DNA from: Ignicoccus islandicus DSM 13165
GTDB taxonomy: Archaea; Thermoproteota; Thermoprotei_A; Sulfolobales; Ignicoccaceae
DNA length: 32,000 nt
Reading direction: 5' to 3'
NCBI RefSeq assembly: GCF_001481685.1
Contig: NZ_CP006867.1
Span: 750,001 to 782,000 of the forward strand
The notes under the pieces were generated by a model, which had not been told where the DNA came from, did not search any database, and saw only the letters and a program-made list of their open reading frames with translations. Position 1 is the stretch's first letter, and each line of letters starts with the position of its first letter. Positions 8,712 to 18,690 of this stretch are shown piece after piece. The position numbers were made by a program, and so were the translations under genes.

Positions 8712-10063
8712 GCGTCTGTCCATTTGAGTGGCGATACGGAAGCGATGAAATGAGGAAGATCTGGAGCCTCCAGAATAGGCTAAAGGTTATGGTCGAGATA
8801 GAAAGGGCTCTATTGAAAGCGTTGGTAGAAGCCGGTCTAATACCGAGGGTCAATTACGAGGAGCTTCGAAAGGTGGAAGTGAATCCCCGAGAGGTACTTG
8901 AGCTGGAAAGGGAACTCAAACACGACGTCATGGCCTTCACTGAAGCTTTAAGGAGCAAGCTCGATCCGGAAACTGGCAAGTACGTCCATTTAGGTGCCAC
9001 GAGTTACGACATAGTAGACACAGCTTGGGCCTTACAAATAAGAGACGCTCTAGCTCTAATCTACGATAAATTGAAGAGAGTAATCGAGAAGCTCTCTTGT
9101 ATGGCTATTGAATATAAGGACCTAGTCTCTCTTGGCAGGACTCACGGCCAATGGGCTCTACCCATAACCATAGGTTTCAAATTCGCTAATTACGTTTACG
9201 AACTAACTCGCTCTTACGAGCGTTTGAGGGAAACGGAGAGGAGAGTAGTCCGGCTGAAAATGAGCGGCGCCGTAGGAACGATGGCTGCGTGGGGAGGTAA
9301 GGGACTTCTAATTGAGAAAATTGTTGCCGAGGAACTGGGCTTGGAACCTCACGTAATTTCGACGCAAGTGGCCCCTAGGGACGGATTCGCTGAATTGATA
9401 TCGAATCTGGCAATACTCTCTTCAGTGCTTGACCGATTCGCCTTAGAGGTAAGGGAATTAAGCCGGCCGGAAATAAGCGAAATAGTTGAAGGCGTTGAGA
9501 AAGGGCAAGTCGGATCAAGTACGATGCCGCATAAAGCTAATCCAATTATCTCAGAGAAGATATCTGGGTTAGCAAAGGTCGCAAGGGGGTTAGTTGTAAG
9601 CGAATTGGAGAACGTCCCTCTTTGGCATGAAAGGGATCTAACTAACTCCTCATCGGAGAGAATAATAATTCCACACCAGTTCCTAATACTCGACGAACAA
9701 CTGGAGTCGATGCTGAAGCTATTGAGAAAACTAATTGTGAATCGCGACGCAATAAGGAGAAACTTAGAGAAGGCTGGATGCGTTAACTTGGCTGAGAGAG
9801 TTATGGTTTACCTAACCCTTCGGAAAGGGTTAGCCAGGAACGATGCACACAAACTCGTTATGAACTCAGTAAGGGAGTACGGTAGTTTGGAAGAGGCCCT
9901 TAAAGGGGAACTTGGAAAGTACTTAAGTGAAAGCGAGTTGAAGGAGTTATGCGATCCAACTACGTACTTGGGTAACGTAAGTGAGATAATAGATAGAACT
10001 ATAAGATACGCAGAAGAAACTTTAGGCGTAAGGTTTAACCAGTGTACAGATACACGACGCTAA
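8708..10063 (+). CDS. purB: Adenylosuccinate lyase
   Basis: GSSTMPHKANPIISEKISGL signature preceded by VEKGQV; HLGATSYDIVDTAWALQ; TTG start overlapping the previous stop by 4 nt. Confidence 0.95.
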   Translation: MSVCPFEWRYGSDEMRKIWSLQNRLKVMVEIERALLKALVEAGLIPRVNYEELRKVEVNPREVLELERELKHDVMAFTEALRSKLDPETGKYVHLGATSYDIVDTAWALQIRDALALIYDKLKRVIEKLSCMAIEYKDLVSLGRTHGQWALPITIGFKFANYVYELTRSYERLRETERRVVRLKMSGAVGTMAAWGGKGLLIEKIVAEELGLEPHVISTQVAPRDGFAELISNLAILSSVLDRFALEVRELSRPEISEIVEGVEKGQVGSSTMPHKANPIISEKISGLAKVARGLVVSELENVPLWHERDLTNSSSERIIIPHQFLILDEQLESMLKLLRKLIVNRDAIRRNLEKAGCVNLAERVMVYLTLRKGLARNDAHKLVMNSVREYGSLEEALKGELGKYLSESELKELCDPTTYLGNVSEIIDRTIRYAEETLGVRFNQCTDTRR

Positions 10064-12299
10064 CCGCTTTAATTCCGGGTATAGTTGCGTTCGTGTCCGG
10101 ATCTCTTAGGTCCTCTACGAACGCTTTCAATAACTTCAAGTGCTTGAAACGAACCTCAGTTGGTTTCAAGCTCTGAAGTATCGTATCGAAGTTATAGCCA
10201 GATTGAATAACGCCGTTGTATATTAGTTTATAAAGTAGTACTTTCTTTATATTAAAGAGAGGAATTAAGTTCGTTACGGCAGATAGGAGAACTACCCTTC
10301 CATCAACGCTTCTAGCCTCTATAGCGTTACCCGAGACTCTTAATGTTGAAGGCGATGGAATAACTAGTTGTACCGTCCTTCCGCTTAAATCTCTACCTAT
10401 TAGAAGGTACATTATGTATTTTCCGAATATCTGGGAATCATTGAGACCCCTTATTCGAAGCATCCATATGGACTTAGCGAAATCGCCCGCCCGAGGTATT
10501 CCGAGAATGGTCTTCGAGGAAGGTATGTATGAGAACACTTCGTAAGTGAACACGCAAGTTCTATTGGGCGGTAGCGCAAAAGCCTTAGCCAGATTTACTA
10601 AGTCGTCCTCAGTTCCAGTTAAGGCCTTTGCAACTTTAGAGATTTTGACCATGTTATACGCTAACGGATCAACTAAGGTGGTAGTGTTCGCCACGACGCC
10701 AAGCATGTATCCGTAATCCCACCAAGCTACAGCGAACTTACACTTGCCCCTCATGAATTCCAACGTCTCCGGAAAGAGCGGCGTGTAAAACGACGTCCCT
10801 GCTGATAAGAAGCTCGGAACAGGGTAGTTAATGGCGAACGTTACTCCATTCGATATGCCTATAGCGAGCGTTATCAGTCCCAGTAATATTACTGATGCGT
10901 GATAAAGTTTCTTTATATCGAACGACCTTAGAGAAAGGAACTCCCTAATTGACCAGTAAAGGGCTAAAGCGCCCCCTAATCCGAGCATGTAGCCTACTAA
11001 GGTCAGTAGGTACACTGAAGTGTTAACCGTTATCAAATAAGTACCGAAGAGAGCCATAGCTAGCATCGGTAAGGAAGCCACGACGTCGTTGCGACCCTCC
11101 TTCCTACTTATCAGTGCTACTGCGTTAAGCAGAGCTATTGGTGCCAAGATGCCTATTCCGAAGACGTTAGGAGCAGCCGAGACGCTGATGACGTTCCATA
11201 TACCTTGGTGTTCGGCGACGCTTTGCGCCAAGGGATCGACCTCTTTCTTTATCCATGGCATTAACATCATTACGTACCTTCCGGGTAAGAACTTGAATAG
11301 TATGGTAAAGTGCTGTTCAACTATTATTGCCCAAAGGATCAAGGCTAATAATATTCCGAACCATATCTTTCTACCTCTATCACTAAACTTTTCCAGAAGG
11401 ATGTATTCTGTTGCCGATATTATTCCCAGTAGAGCTATTAATCCTATAGCGGCATATTTCAGCTTAGTCATCCAAACGGTAGTTACCCACCATCCGGTGG
11501 CCACGTAACCTATCAATACACCTATCGAGTAGAAGGCCATTAATTTGGGTAGATCCTTTTCTGGAGTTATGAATGGAAGAATCAACAGTCCAACGATTGT
11601 AATCCCAACGAAGCCCAAGAAGCCGCTCCAGTAAGCTGACGAAAGTGAAAGGGTCAGACCGCCTATCAAGCCTATTACGAAGTACTTCCTCGGATCCCTC
11701 GTTCCCTTATTATATTCCATTACAGCCCATGCGTAAGTTATCAGGTACAAAGTTGAATAGAAGGTAGTTGGCGAAACTTTTTCAACGAAACTAGCAATGC
11801 TTCTCTGTAAGAACGCTTGTTGGAAGGATACAGCTAGAAGCGATAAAAAGGCCAGAAGCGGACCTCCAATTAACCATCCTAGCACAGTAACGGCTAAGGC
11901 GGTCAGTGCACCGAATACTGCTGGGAGGAGACCGACCCAATCAACTAGCCTCAATCCGAACGTCTTTAACGCGGGGTAGAAGAGCGCTCCGGTCATCGCT
12001 AGTCCGGGAAAGTCGGTTATTCTGAAATCCCTGCCCTCCGGCCACCACCACAAGTACCTCGTATTTTCCGGTGTTAATTTCCACCAATATCCCAATCCAT
12101 GTAGATAGAGCTGCTCGCTTTGCCAGTAGACCGAGAGGCTGTCGTCGTATTGTAACCATATTCCGAACTTAGAGTACTTAAAGAACGGAATTACGCGGAT
12201 GTAGAGGGATGCAACCAATAGGACAGCTGTAAGGAAGATCGCTATAATCCTAATGCTCTTCGGATCGATAGTCTCTAATAGCTTCATTTTACTTCTCAA
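10035..12299 (-). CDS. aglB: Archaeal oligosaccharyltransferase (STT3/AglB family)
   Basis: Multiple TM segments; AVAWWDYGYMLG (WWDYG catalytic motif); N-terminal RVIPFF...WWWPEGRDFRITDFPG. Confidence 0.93.
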   Translation of the reverse strand: MRSKMKLLETIDPKSIRIIAIFLTAVLLVASLYIRVIPFFKYSKFGIWLQYDDSLSVYWQSEQLYLHGLGYWWKLTPENTRYLWWWPEGRDFRITDFPGLAMTGALFYPALKTFGLRLVDWVGLLPAVFGALTALAVTVLGWLIGGPLLAFLSLLAVSFQQAFLQRSIASFVEKVSPTTFYSTLYLITYAWAVMEYNKGTRDPRKYFVIGLIGGLTLSLSSAYWSGFLGFVGITIVGLLILPFITPEKDLPKLMAFYSIGVLIGYVATGWWVTTVWMTKLKYAAIGLIALLGIISATEYILLEKFSDRGRKIWFGILLALILWAIIVEQHFTILFKFLPGRYVMMLMPWIKKEVDPLAQSVAEHQGIWNVISVSAAPNVFGIGILAPIALLNAVALISRKEGRNDVVASLPMLAMALFGTYLITVNTSVYLLTLVGYMLGLGGALALYWSIREFLSLRSFDIKKLYHASVILLGLITLAIGISNGVTFAINYPVPSFLSAGTSFYTPLFPETLEFMRGKCKFAVAWWDYGYMLGVVANTTTLVDPLAYNMVKISKVAKALTGTEDDLVNLAKAFALPPNRTCVFTYEVFSYIPSSKTILGIPRAGDFAKSIWMLRIRGLNDSQIFGKYIMYLLIGRDLSGRTVQLVIPSPSTLRVSGNAIEARSVDGRVVLLSAVTNLIPLFNIKKVLLYKLIYNGVIQSGYNFDTILQSLKPTEVRFKHLKLLKAFVEDLRDPDTNATIPGIKAVSVVYLYTG

Positions 12300-12378
12300 A
12301 CTATTACCCGGGCATCCCGACCGATTAACGGAATATATAGGGTAGCGTATACTTTCCTCTACTGGGAGTCACAGGAAA

Positions 12379-13014
12379 TTGAACTCTGAGGAAGTACCTA
12401 CCTATATGTTGCTTAAATCGAACTTGTGCTCGGCCATCACGAATTACTGGACCGTTATAGTATCATTCTCAGCAATAACTTCGTTGATATTCATTCCCCT
12501 AGTAAACGCGTTAGACATCTATTCACTTATAGTTACGTTCCTAATACTGCGTTCATTAATATTACTCTTGGCTAGATTAAATGTCACGTCTAACAACAAC
12601 GTACCAATACTTGATAGATTAAGTGGGAGATTGAGAATAGGTAAACTTATGAGTAAGAATCTATCGCAGTTCTCTCAAAAGGACTTTAAACTTCAACTAA
12701 TGTTCATTGTAATGGCTCTAATCCTAATTTCATTAGCCACGGTCACGAATAATTACGTTATGACCGAGAGCTTCTTGATCGTTTCAATTATAATAATAAA
12801 TGCTGGAATACTCTATACCTTAATAGAACCCTCGGAAGTAGCTCTACCGGCCGCCCTCTGGAGCTTGGGATCGATAGTCTATGCCCTCGTTGAGTTATAC
12901 TATACGGGATTACCATTGGTGTACGTCCTCAGTATTATAGTCACTAGCGACGTCTTCGCGATCTTAGGATTAAACGCAAAGGGGATAGAAGAATGCGTGA
13001 ATGCGATGAAATAG
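12379..13014 (+). CDS. Hypothetical integral membrane protein (TTG start)
   Basis: 211 aa with several hydrophobic segments (e.g. LMFIVMALILISLATVTNNYV, SFLIVSIIIINAGILYTLI). Confidence 0.6.
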   Translation: MNSEEVPTYMLLKSNLCSAITNYWTVIVSFSAITSLIFIPLVNALDIYSLIVTFLILRSLILLLARLNVTSNNNVPILDRLSGRLRIGKLMSKNLSQFSQKDFKLQLMFIVMALILISLATVTNNYVMTESFLIVSIIIINAGILYTLIEPSEVALPAALWSLGSIVYALVELYYTGLPLVYVLSIIVTSDVFAILGLNAKGIEECVNAMK

Positions 13015-13322
13015 CCAAGAAACTAAAGGAGGTGGAAATTAATCCAACGAGGGCGTCGATACTTACTTATTTGAGTATAGTCGGTGAGGCTAAGCTGAAG
13101 GACCTATCCTCCGCTTTGGGTCTATCTAAGTCAGTTACGTGGAAACACGTCAAAGAGATGAAATCTAAAGGATTGTTAGCGGTAAGGTATACGTTAGGTT
13201 CCCACCCAGAAATGATAGTTAGCATAACTCCCGAGGGATTGAAAAAGTTGATGGAATACCTCCAATTGCACGAAAAGGTCAAGGAGTGCGTTCAACGAAA
13301 AACCTTTGAGAAAGATTCATAA
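12993..13322 (+). CDS. Winged-helix (ArsR/MarR-like) transcriptional regulator
   Basis: RASILTYLSIVGEAKLKDLSSALGLSKSVTWKHVKEMKSKGLLAVRYTLGSHPEMIVSITPEG; start overlaps the upstream membrane-protein gene by 22 nt. Confidence 0.75.
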   Translation: MRECDEIAKKLKEVEINPTRASILTYLSIVGEAKLKDLSSALGLSKSVTWKHVKEMKSKGLLAVRYTLGSHPEMIVSITPEGLKKLMEYLQLHEKVKECVQRKTFEKDS

Positions 13323-13350
13323 ACCCAAGAACGCGATGCTACAAACGGAG

Positions 13351-13423
13351 GGCCCGTAGCTCAGCCAGGCAGAGCGCCGGGCTCATAACCCGGTGGTCCG
13401 GGGTTCAAATCCCCGCGGGCCCA
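13351..13423 (+). tRNA. tRNA with CAT anticodon, probably elongator tRNA-Met (CCA not encoded)
   Basis: GGGCCCG/CGGGCCC acceptor stem, CCGGG-CTCATAA-CCCGG anticodon arm, GGGGTTCAAATCCCC T arm, discriminator A. tRNA-Ile2 (CAT) not formally excluded. Confidence 0.92.
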
Positions 13424-13525
13424 CTACTTCTCGACGCATCCTAAGGATCCCTTCTCCTTTAATTCATTCACTCCCAAAATGCAATAACACAATTATAAAG
13501 CCCCTCGATTTCGAAGCTCAATTGG

Positions 13526-13753
13526 GTGAAGAGAAGAGTGCCTAGGAAGAGGAAGCTCTATAAGATACTGGTTCCCGAGCCACGCTCTAGGTTCATTAAG
13601 GTCAAATGCCCAACTTGCGGAAACGAACAGATCGTCTTTTCACACGCAACTTACCCGGTTAGATGTATAATGTGCGGAACTCAGTTGCTTAGGCCGAGCG
13701 GTGGCAAGGCTGAACTAGAGGAAGGAGTAGAAGTAATTAGGGTACTAGAGTGA
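13526..13753 (+). CDS. Ribosomal protein S27e
   Basis: FIKVKCPTCGNEQIVFSHATYPVRCIMCGTQLLRPSGGKAEL four-cysteine zinc ribbon. Confidence 0.95.
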   Translation: MKRRVPRKRKLYKILVPEPRSRFIKVKCPTCGNEQIVFSHATYPVRCIMCGTQLLRPSGGKAELEEGVEVIRVLE

Positions 13754-13826
13754 TGCGATTTTTCGATTAAGTTATAGGGACAGATATTTATTCGCAATAT
13801 AGCTCAGTAACCTAAGGGTTCATATC

Positions 13827-15287
13827 ATGCACGTTGCTAGTAGCCTAAGAAGCGTCAGGAGCGAGACGCTACGAAGACTCAAGGAAGAGAGTATAGATAC
13901 GCCGGACTACGAAGTTATAGACGCTCCCAAACCTGAACTATACAAGTTTATGTTCCCCTTCAAATCAGCACCCAGGATTTTCTTTGATGGTATAATACTA
14001 CATACCGAACTTCCTAAGGAAATATGGATTACCGATACTACTTTCAGAGACGGTCAGCAAGCCAGGGAACCATATACAGTCGAACAGATGGTCCAGCTAT
14101 ATAAGTACCTTCACGAACTAAGTGGTCCGAACTGTAAGGTTCTAACTAGCGAATTCTTCCTCTATACGGAAAAAGATAGGAAGGCCGTGAGGGAGATAAA
14201 GAACTTAGGCTACAATTGTCCGAAAGTTACTGCTTGGATTAGGGCCAATAAGGAGGAATTGAAACTCGTTAAGGAAGCCGGGATAGAGGAAACGGGCATA
14301 CTTTCCTCCATTAGCGATTACCACATCTACTTCAAGTTCAAGTCCAGTAGGAGAAAGGTAATAGACAAATACTTGAGCGTAGTGGAGGAAGCACTTAAGA
14401 TGGATATAGTTCCTAGGGTTCACTTAGAGGACATAACTAGGGCGAACGTATTCGAGGTGGTCGTCCCATTCGTAAAGAAGCTAATGAAGTTAAGTGAGAA
14501 ATACGGGCTACCGGTAAAGGTTAGGTACCCCGATACGCTCGGCGTAGGAGTTCCGCTACCCGAAGCGATGTTGCCTAGGAGCATACCTAAGCTAACGTGG
14601 GTACTAAGGCACGTTTGCGGAGTGCCCTCGAAGTGGCTGGAATTCCACGGCCATAACGACTTCCATCTAGGGGTAGCGAACGCTATGAGCGCTTGGCTTT
14701 ACGGAGCGGCCTTAAACAACGGAACCCTATTGGGTATAGGTGAAAGGGCTGGCAACGTTCCAATAGAAGCACTAGTCTTCATTTACGCCCAGCTCAAACA
14801 CGGCTTCGATGGAATGAATACCAAAGTAATCAAGGAAATAGCCGAATACTATCGCAAAGAGCTCGGTTACGAGGTACCGCCCTACTATCCGATTGTTGGT
14901 AGGAACTTCGCCACTACTAGAGCCGGAATACACGCAGATGGACTCCTCAAGAACCCTGAGACGTACTTACCATTCGATCCCGAGGAATTGTTGGGAGTCA
15001 AGCCCGGAATAGCGATAACCCCCTATGCCGGGTTGGCTGGAATAGTTTATTGGATAAACAAGACCTTTGAATTGAAGGACGATGAAAAGGTAGACAAAAA
15101 GGATCCAAGGGTACAAGAGATCTATAGAGATGTCATGAAACAGTTCGAACATGGTAGATTGACTGCGTTAAGCGACTTAGAGATGTTAATGTTGGTAAAG
15201 AAACACATGCCCGACCTAGTTGAGAAGTACTTGGACAGGCTACCGGACGATCTAAAGATAAGGCTCTTTTCAAGTAATTCTAAGTAA
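13827..15287 (+). CDS. DRE-TIM metallolyase (HMGL-like) resembling Re-citrate synthase / isopropylmalate synthase family
   Basis: IWITDTTFRDGQQAREPYTVEQMVQLYKYL, TSEFFLYTEKDRKAV, LEFHGHNDFHLGVANAMSAWLYGA, NGTLLGIGERAGNVPIEALV. Confidence 0.85.
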   Translation: MHVASSLRSVRSETLRRLKEESIDTPDYEVIDAPKPELYKFMFPFKSAPRIFFDGIILHTELPKEIWITDTTFRDGQQAREPYTVEQMVQLYKYLHELSGPNCKVLTSEFFLYTEKDRKAVREIKNLGYNCPKVTAWIRANKEELKLVKEAGIEETGILSSISDYHIYFKFKSSRRKVIDKYLSVVEEALKMDIVPRVHLEDITRANVFEVVVPFVKKLMKLSEKYGLPVKVRYPDTLGVGVPLPEAMLPRSIPKLTWVLRHVCGVPSKWLEFHGHNDFHLGVANAMSAWLYGAALNNGTLLGIGERAGNVPIEALVFIYAQLKHGFDGMNTKVIKEIAEYYRKELGYEVPPYYPIVGRNFATTRAGIHADGLLKNPETYLPFDPEELLGVKPGIAITPYAGLAGIVYWINKTFELKDDEKVDKKDPRVQEIYRDVMKQFEHGRLTALSDLEMLMLVKKHMPDLVEKYLDRLPDDLKIRLFSSNSK

Positions 15288-16983
15288 AGAAGGGTATCGG
15301 TCTTTCCTTTTCTACTTCTTCCCTGATCTCCTGGAGTAACCCTTCAACGTAATTGGGATCTGAGAACTCTTCGGGTAACTTCTTGAATAGAGGCTTGGGC
15401 TCGCCTATCTCGTTCTTCGGAGGTCTAGAGTGTTCCTTCGCTAAAGTTCCTTTGGAGTTGACGTCTCCTTCTTCCCCTAGCATTTCCCATAGCCTTTGCG
15501 CAGAGGCGGGAGCGAAAGGCGCTAAGTGAAGCGCTATTTCTCTTAGTATATAGAGAGAGGTATACAAGACGTCGGAGGCTTTTTCGGGACAGCACTTAAG
15601 TAACTTCCATGGCTCCTTTTCGTTTAAGTACTTGTTCCCCAATCTAGCCATTTCAAGTAAGTAGTTCGTGGCTTCCTTCATTCTCACTTGGTACATTGCT
15701 TTAACGTACTTATCGTGAAGCTCCTCTATTTTCCTAGCTATCTCCTCATCGATCTTCCCATTTACGTTGCCGTTCAACTTTCTCTTTATTAATGTAAGGA
15801 CCCTATGAGCGAAATTACCTATGTCATCGTTTAATTCGGAGTTGACTATTCTGTAAAACTCGCTCCACGTGAAATTGGTATCCCTATCCTCAGGCCTCAT
15901 GCGAATCAATGCGAAGCGCCAATAATCGGGTTCGGGAACTAACTTCAACGCCTCGTCTATCCATACTCCTATTCTCCTACTCTTACTGAACTTCTTTCCT
16001 TCGTACATCAAGTATTCAGTAGCGGAAATGTTATATGGAAGCGGATACTCTTCGCCGGTCGCCCTTAAAAGTGCTGGTAGGATTATCGAGTGGAAAGGTA
16101 TGTTATCCTTCCCTATAAAATATACTGGTCTCGAGCTCTGGTCCTTCCAGAAGTATTCGAAGAGGTTCGTTCCGTTCTTGACGTCTAGTTCCTTTACGGC
16201 AGATAGGTATCCAAGGACCGCCTCGAACCATACGTATATAGTTTTACCTTCCGCTCCCGGAAACGGAGCGGGTATCCCCCACTTATTATCTCTTGTTATA
16301 GCTCTTGGAGTTAACCCTTCCTTGAGCCAATGCAGCGTCGTGTTCTTTACGTTCTCTGGTAGATCGCTTTCCTTTATCCATTGGTCCAAACCTTTAGCAG
16401 CTTTGGGTAAATCGAAGAAGAAGTGCTTCGTTTTCCTCCACGTCGGTCTACTTCCACACAAACTGCACTTAGGATCTATCAAGTCGACCGGATCCAGCAG
16501 TTTCCCGCAGAAGTCGCATTGATCTCCCCTAGCGCCTTTAGCGCCACAGTAAGGGCACGTACCTGTGACGAACCTATCAGGAAGGAACATTTCGTCTTTG
16601 AGACAGTAGGGCATTAGTAAATCTTTCGTAAAGACGTATCCGTTCTCGTAGATCTTCATAAACGTCTCTTGGACGAACTTTATGTGAACGTCGTTATGCG
16701 TTCTCGTGTAATTATCGAATGCTATCTCGAACCTCTCGAAGAGGGATTTAACGTAATTGTGCATTTTGTCAGTCAGTTCCTTAGGTTCCATACCTCTCTT
16801 CCTTGCCTCCACCTCAATTGGAGTTCCGTGTTCGTCGCTTCCCGAAACGGCTACTACGTCCTCGTCCATGAGTCTCAGAAAGCGCGCGAAGACGTCCGCC
16901 GATAGTATTGATCCTATTAAGTTTCCTAAGTGAGGCACTGCGTTAACGTAAGGCCACGCACTCCCTACGATCCACTTCGCCAC
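15280..16983 (-). CDS. metG: Methionyl-tRNA synthetase
   Basis: AWPYVNAVPHLGNLIGS, CPYCGAKGARGDQCDFCG double zinc knuckle, KFSKSRRIGVWID (KMSKS-like). Confidence 0.97.
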   Translation of the reverse strand: MAKWIVGSAWPYVNAVPHLGNLIGSILSADVFARFLRLMDEDVVAVSGSDEHGTPIEVEARKRGMEPKELTDKMHNYVKSLFERFEIAFDNYTRTHNDVHIKFVQETFMKIYENGYVFTKDLLMPYCLKDEMFLPDRFVTGTCPYCGAKGARGDQCDFCGKLLDPVDLIDPKCSLCGSRPTWRKTKHFFFDLPKAAKGLDQWIKESDLPENVKNTTLHWLKEGLTPRAITRDNKWGIPAPFPGAEGKTIYVWFEAVLGYLSAVKELDVKNGTNLFEYFWKDQSSRPVYFIGKDNIPFHSIILPALLRATGEEYPLPYNISATEYLMYEGKKFSKSRRIGVWIDEALKLVPEPDYWRFALIRMRPEDRDTNFTWSEFYRIVNSELNDDIGNFAHRVLTLIKRKLNGNVNGKIDEEIARKIEELHDKYVKAMYQVRMKEATNYLLEMARLGNKYLNEKEPWKLLKCCPEKASDVLYTSLYILREIALHLAPFAPASAQRLWEMLGEEGDVNSKGTLAKEHSRPPKNEIGEPKPLFKKLPEEFSDPNYVEGLLQEIREEVEKERPIPFFT

Positions 16984-17064
16984 ATTATCTCCCTAAATCC
17001 CTTCGGGTAAAGGTTTTTGGAGTATAATGCAGAATTAAAGGTCTCTCTAGTCTAGGCACAATCG

Positions 17065-18345
17065 GTGTTTCTGGTCTTGAACGGCACTGAGATCGTCTCG
17101 GTAAAAGGTCGTTGGATACTAGACTCCAGAGGCAATCCCACCGTTGAGGTTGACGTAACTACCGCTTGCGGTGCCTTGGGAAGGGCAGCAGCGCCATCTG
17201 GAGCCTCTAAAGGCACTAAGGAAGCACTGGAGCTAAGGGATGGTGGGAAGGAGTTCCATGGAAAGGGCGTTAACAAGGCCGTTTCCAACGTGAATAACGA
17301 GATAGCTAAGGCCCTAATTGGAATGGATTCATTGGAACAGAGAGCAATTGATTATAAAATGATAGAAATAGATGGGACGCCTAACAAGTCGAGATTGGGG
17401 GCAAATGCAATAGTTGCAACTAGCATGGCAGTAGCTAAGGCGGCTGCCAATAGCTTAGATCTCCCCCTTTATAAGTACCTCGGTGGTCCTCTAGCAGACC
17501 AGTTACCTACCCCGCTATTGAACGTCATAAACGGAGGGGCCCACGCTGGTAACGATTTGGCAATACAAGAGTTCATGATAGTTCCGTGGAACTTCGAAAG
17601 CTTCTCTGAGGCCTTGAGGGCGGCCTCTGAAATATACCACACGCTAAAGAACTTGCTAAAGGAGAAGTACGGTAAGTCTGCCGTAAACGTAGGCGATGAA
17701 GGAGGTTTCGCGCCACCTATGAGGGAGACTAGAGAGGCTCTTGACGCTTTGATGAAGGCAATAGAGATGAGCGGATACGAGGGATCAGTTGCCCTCGCGC
17801 TTGACGCAGCAGCCAGTCACTTCTACGACTCAAACAAGAAAGTTTACCTCATTGACGGAAAGGAGCTCGATAGAGAGAAATTACTTGAATTCTATGAGGA
17901 ATTAATAAAGGAATATCCGATAAAGAGTATTGAAGACCCTCTAGAAGAGACCGATTGGGAAGGCTTTAAGGAAGCTGTTAAGAGGCTAAAGATTAGAATA
18001 GTTGGTGACGACTTACTCGTAACTAATCCAACTATCGTTTCGAAGGCCATTGAAGAAGGGGTAGCTAACGCTGTTCTAGTTAAAGTAAATCAAATTGGTA
18101 CCGTTACGGAGGCATGGGAAGTAATCAAGTTAGCCCAAGAAAACAAGTGGGCCCCCATCGTTAGCCACAGGTCTGGTGAAACTGAAGACACCTTTATAGC
18201 AGACTTAGCGGTAGGGAGCTATTCTCCAGCGATAAAGACTGGTGCACCGGCCAGAGGCGAGAGAACGTGCAAATACAACCGATTGCTCAGAATAGAAGAA
18301 GAAATATCTAAGCCGAGGTTCGCCAGGAACAAGTACTTCCTTTAA
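17065..18345 (+). CDS. eno: Enolase
   Basis: GRWILDSRGNPTVEVDV, NVINGGAHAGNDLAIQEFMIVP, SHRSGETEDTFIADLAV. Confidence 0.97.
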   Translation: MFLVLNGTEIVSVKGRWILDSRGNPTVEVDVTTACGALGRAAAPSGASKGTKEALELRDGGKEFHGKGVNKAVSNVNNEIAKALIGMDSLEQRAIDYKMIEIDGTPNKSRLGANAIVATSMAVAKAAANSLDLPLYKYLGGPLADQLPTPLLNVINGGAHAGNDLAIQEFMIVPWNFESFSEALRAASEIYHTLKNLLKEKYGKSAVNVGDEGGFAPPMRETREALDALMKAIEMSGYEGSVALALDAAASHFYDSNKKVYLIDGKELDREKLLEFYEELIKEYPIKSIEDPLEETDWEGFKEAVKRLKIRIVGDDLLVTNPTIVSKAIEEGVANAVLVKVNQIGTVTEAWEVIKLAQENKWAPIVSHRSGETEDTFIADLAVGSYSPAIKTGAPARGERTCKYNRLLRIEEEISKPRFARNKYFL

Positions 18346-18686
18346 ACTTCCGCCTTCCTGAAGTACTTTCCTCCGCAAGGAGGTCTTTTCGGGTCGTCAA
18401 CTCTCTGCTTCAATCTAATACATATGTGAGTTATCCTCGAGTAATAGAGACAGTCTTCGCATGACACTCCAGGAACTTCTTGAGGTTGTTCCTCCTTCTT
18501 TGCCTCCCTTTTCTCAACTTCCTCTTTAACCTCCTTGATCTTTTCAGTTACGTGCGCCTTGTATATTGGACACTCCTCGTAGTTCTTGAGGCAAGGCATC
18601 TTCTTCAAATTTACAACTTGACCTGTCAAGGTACACTTTGCAGTCATAAACCCTCTCTTCAAATAGGGACATACCATTTCATTCAC
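18342..18686 (-). CDS. Hypothetical cysteine-rich protein with two 4-Cys modules
   Basis: CPYLKRGFMTAKCTLTGQVVNLKKMPCLKNYEEC ... CEDCLYYSRITHICIRLKQRVDDPKRPPC; tail of four nt overlaps the convergent eno gene. Confidence 0.65.
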   Translation of the reverse strand: MNEMVCPYLKRGFMTAKCTLTGQVVNLKKMPCLKNYEECPIYKAHVTEKIKEVKEEVEKREAKKEEQPQEVPGVSCEDCLYYSRITHICIRLKQRVDDPKRPPCGGKYFRKAEV

Positions 18687-18690
18687 CTCA

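Noticed and set aside
13754-13826. Possible C/D box sRNA between S27e and the citrate-synthase-like gene (gtgatgc near 13753)
   Set aside because: The C box is imperfect (RUGAUGA not satisfied) and no properly spaced D/D' CUGA boxes were found.
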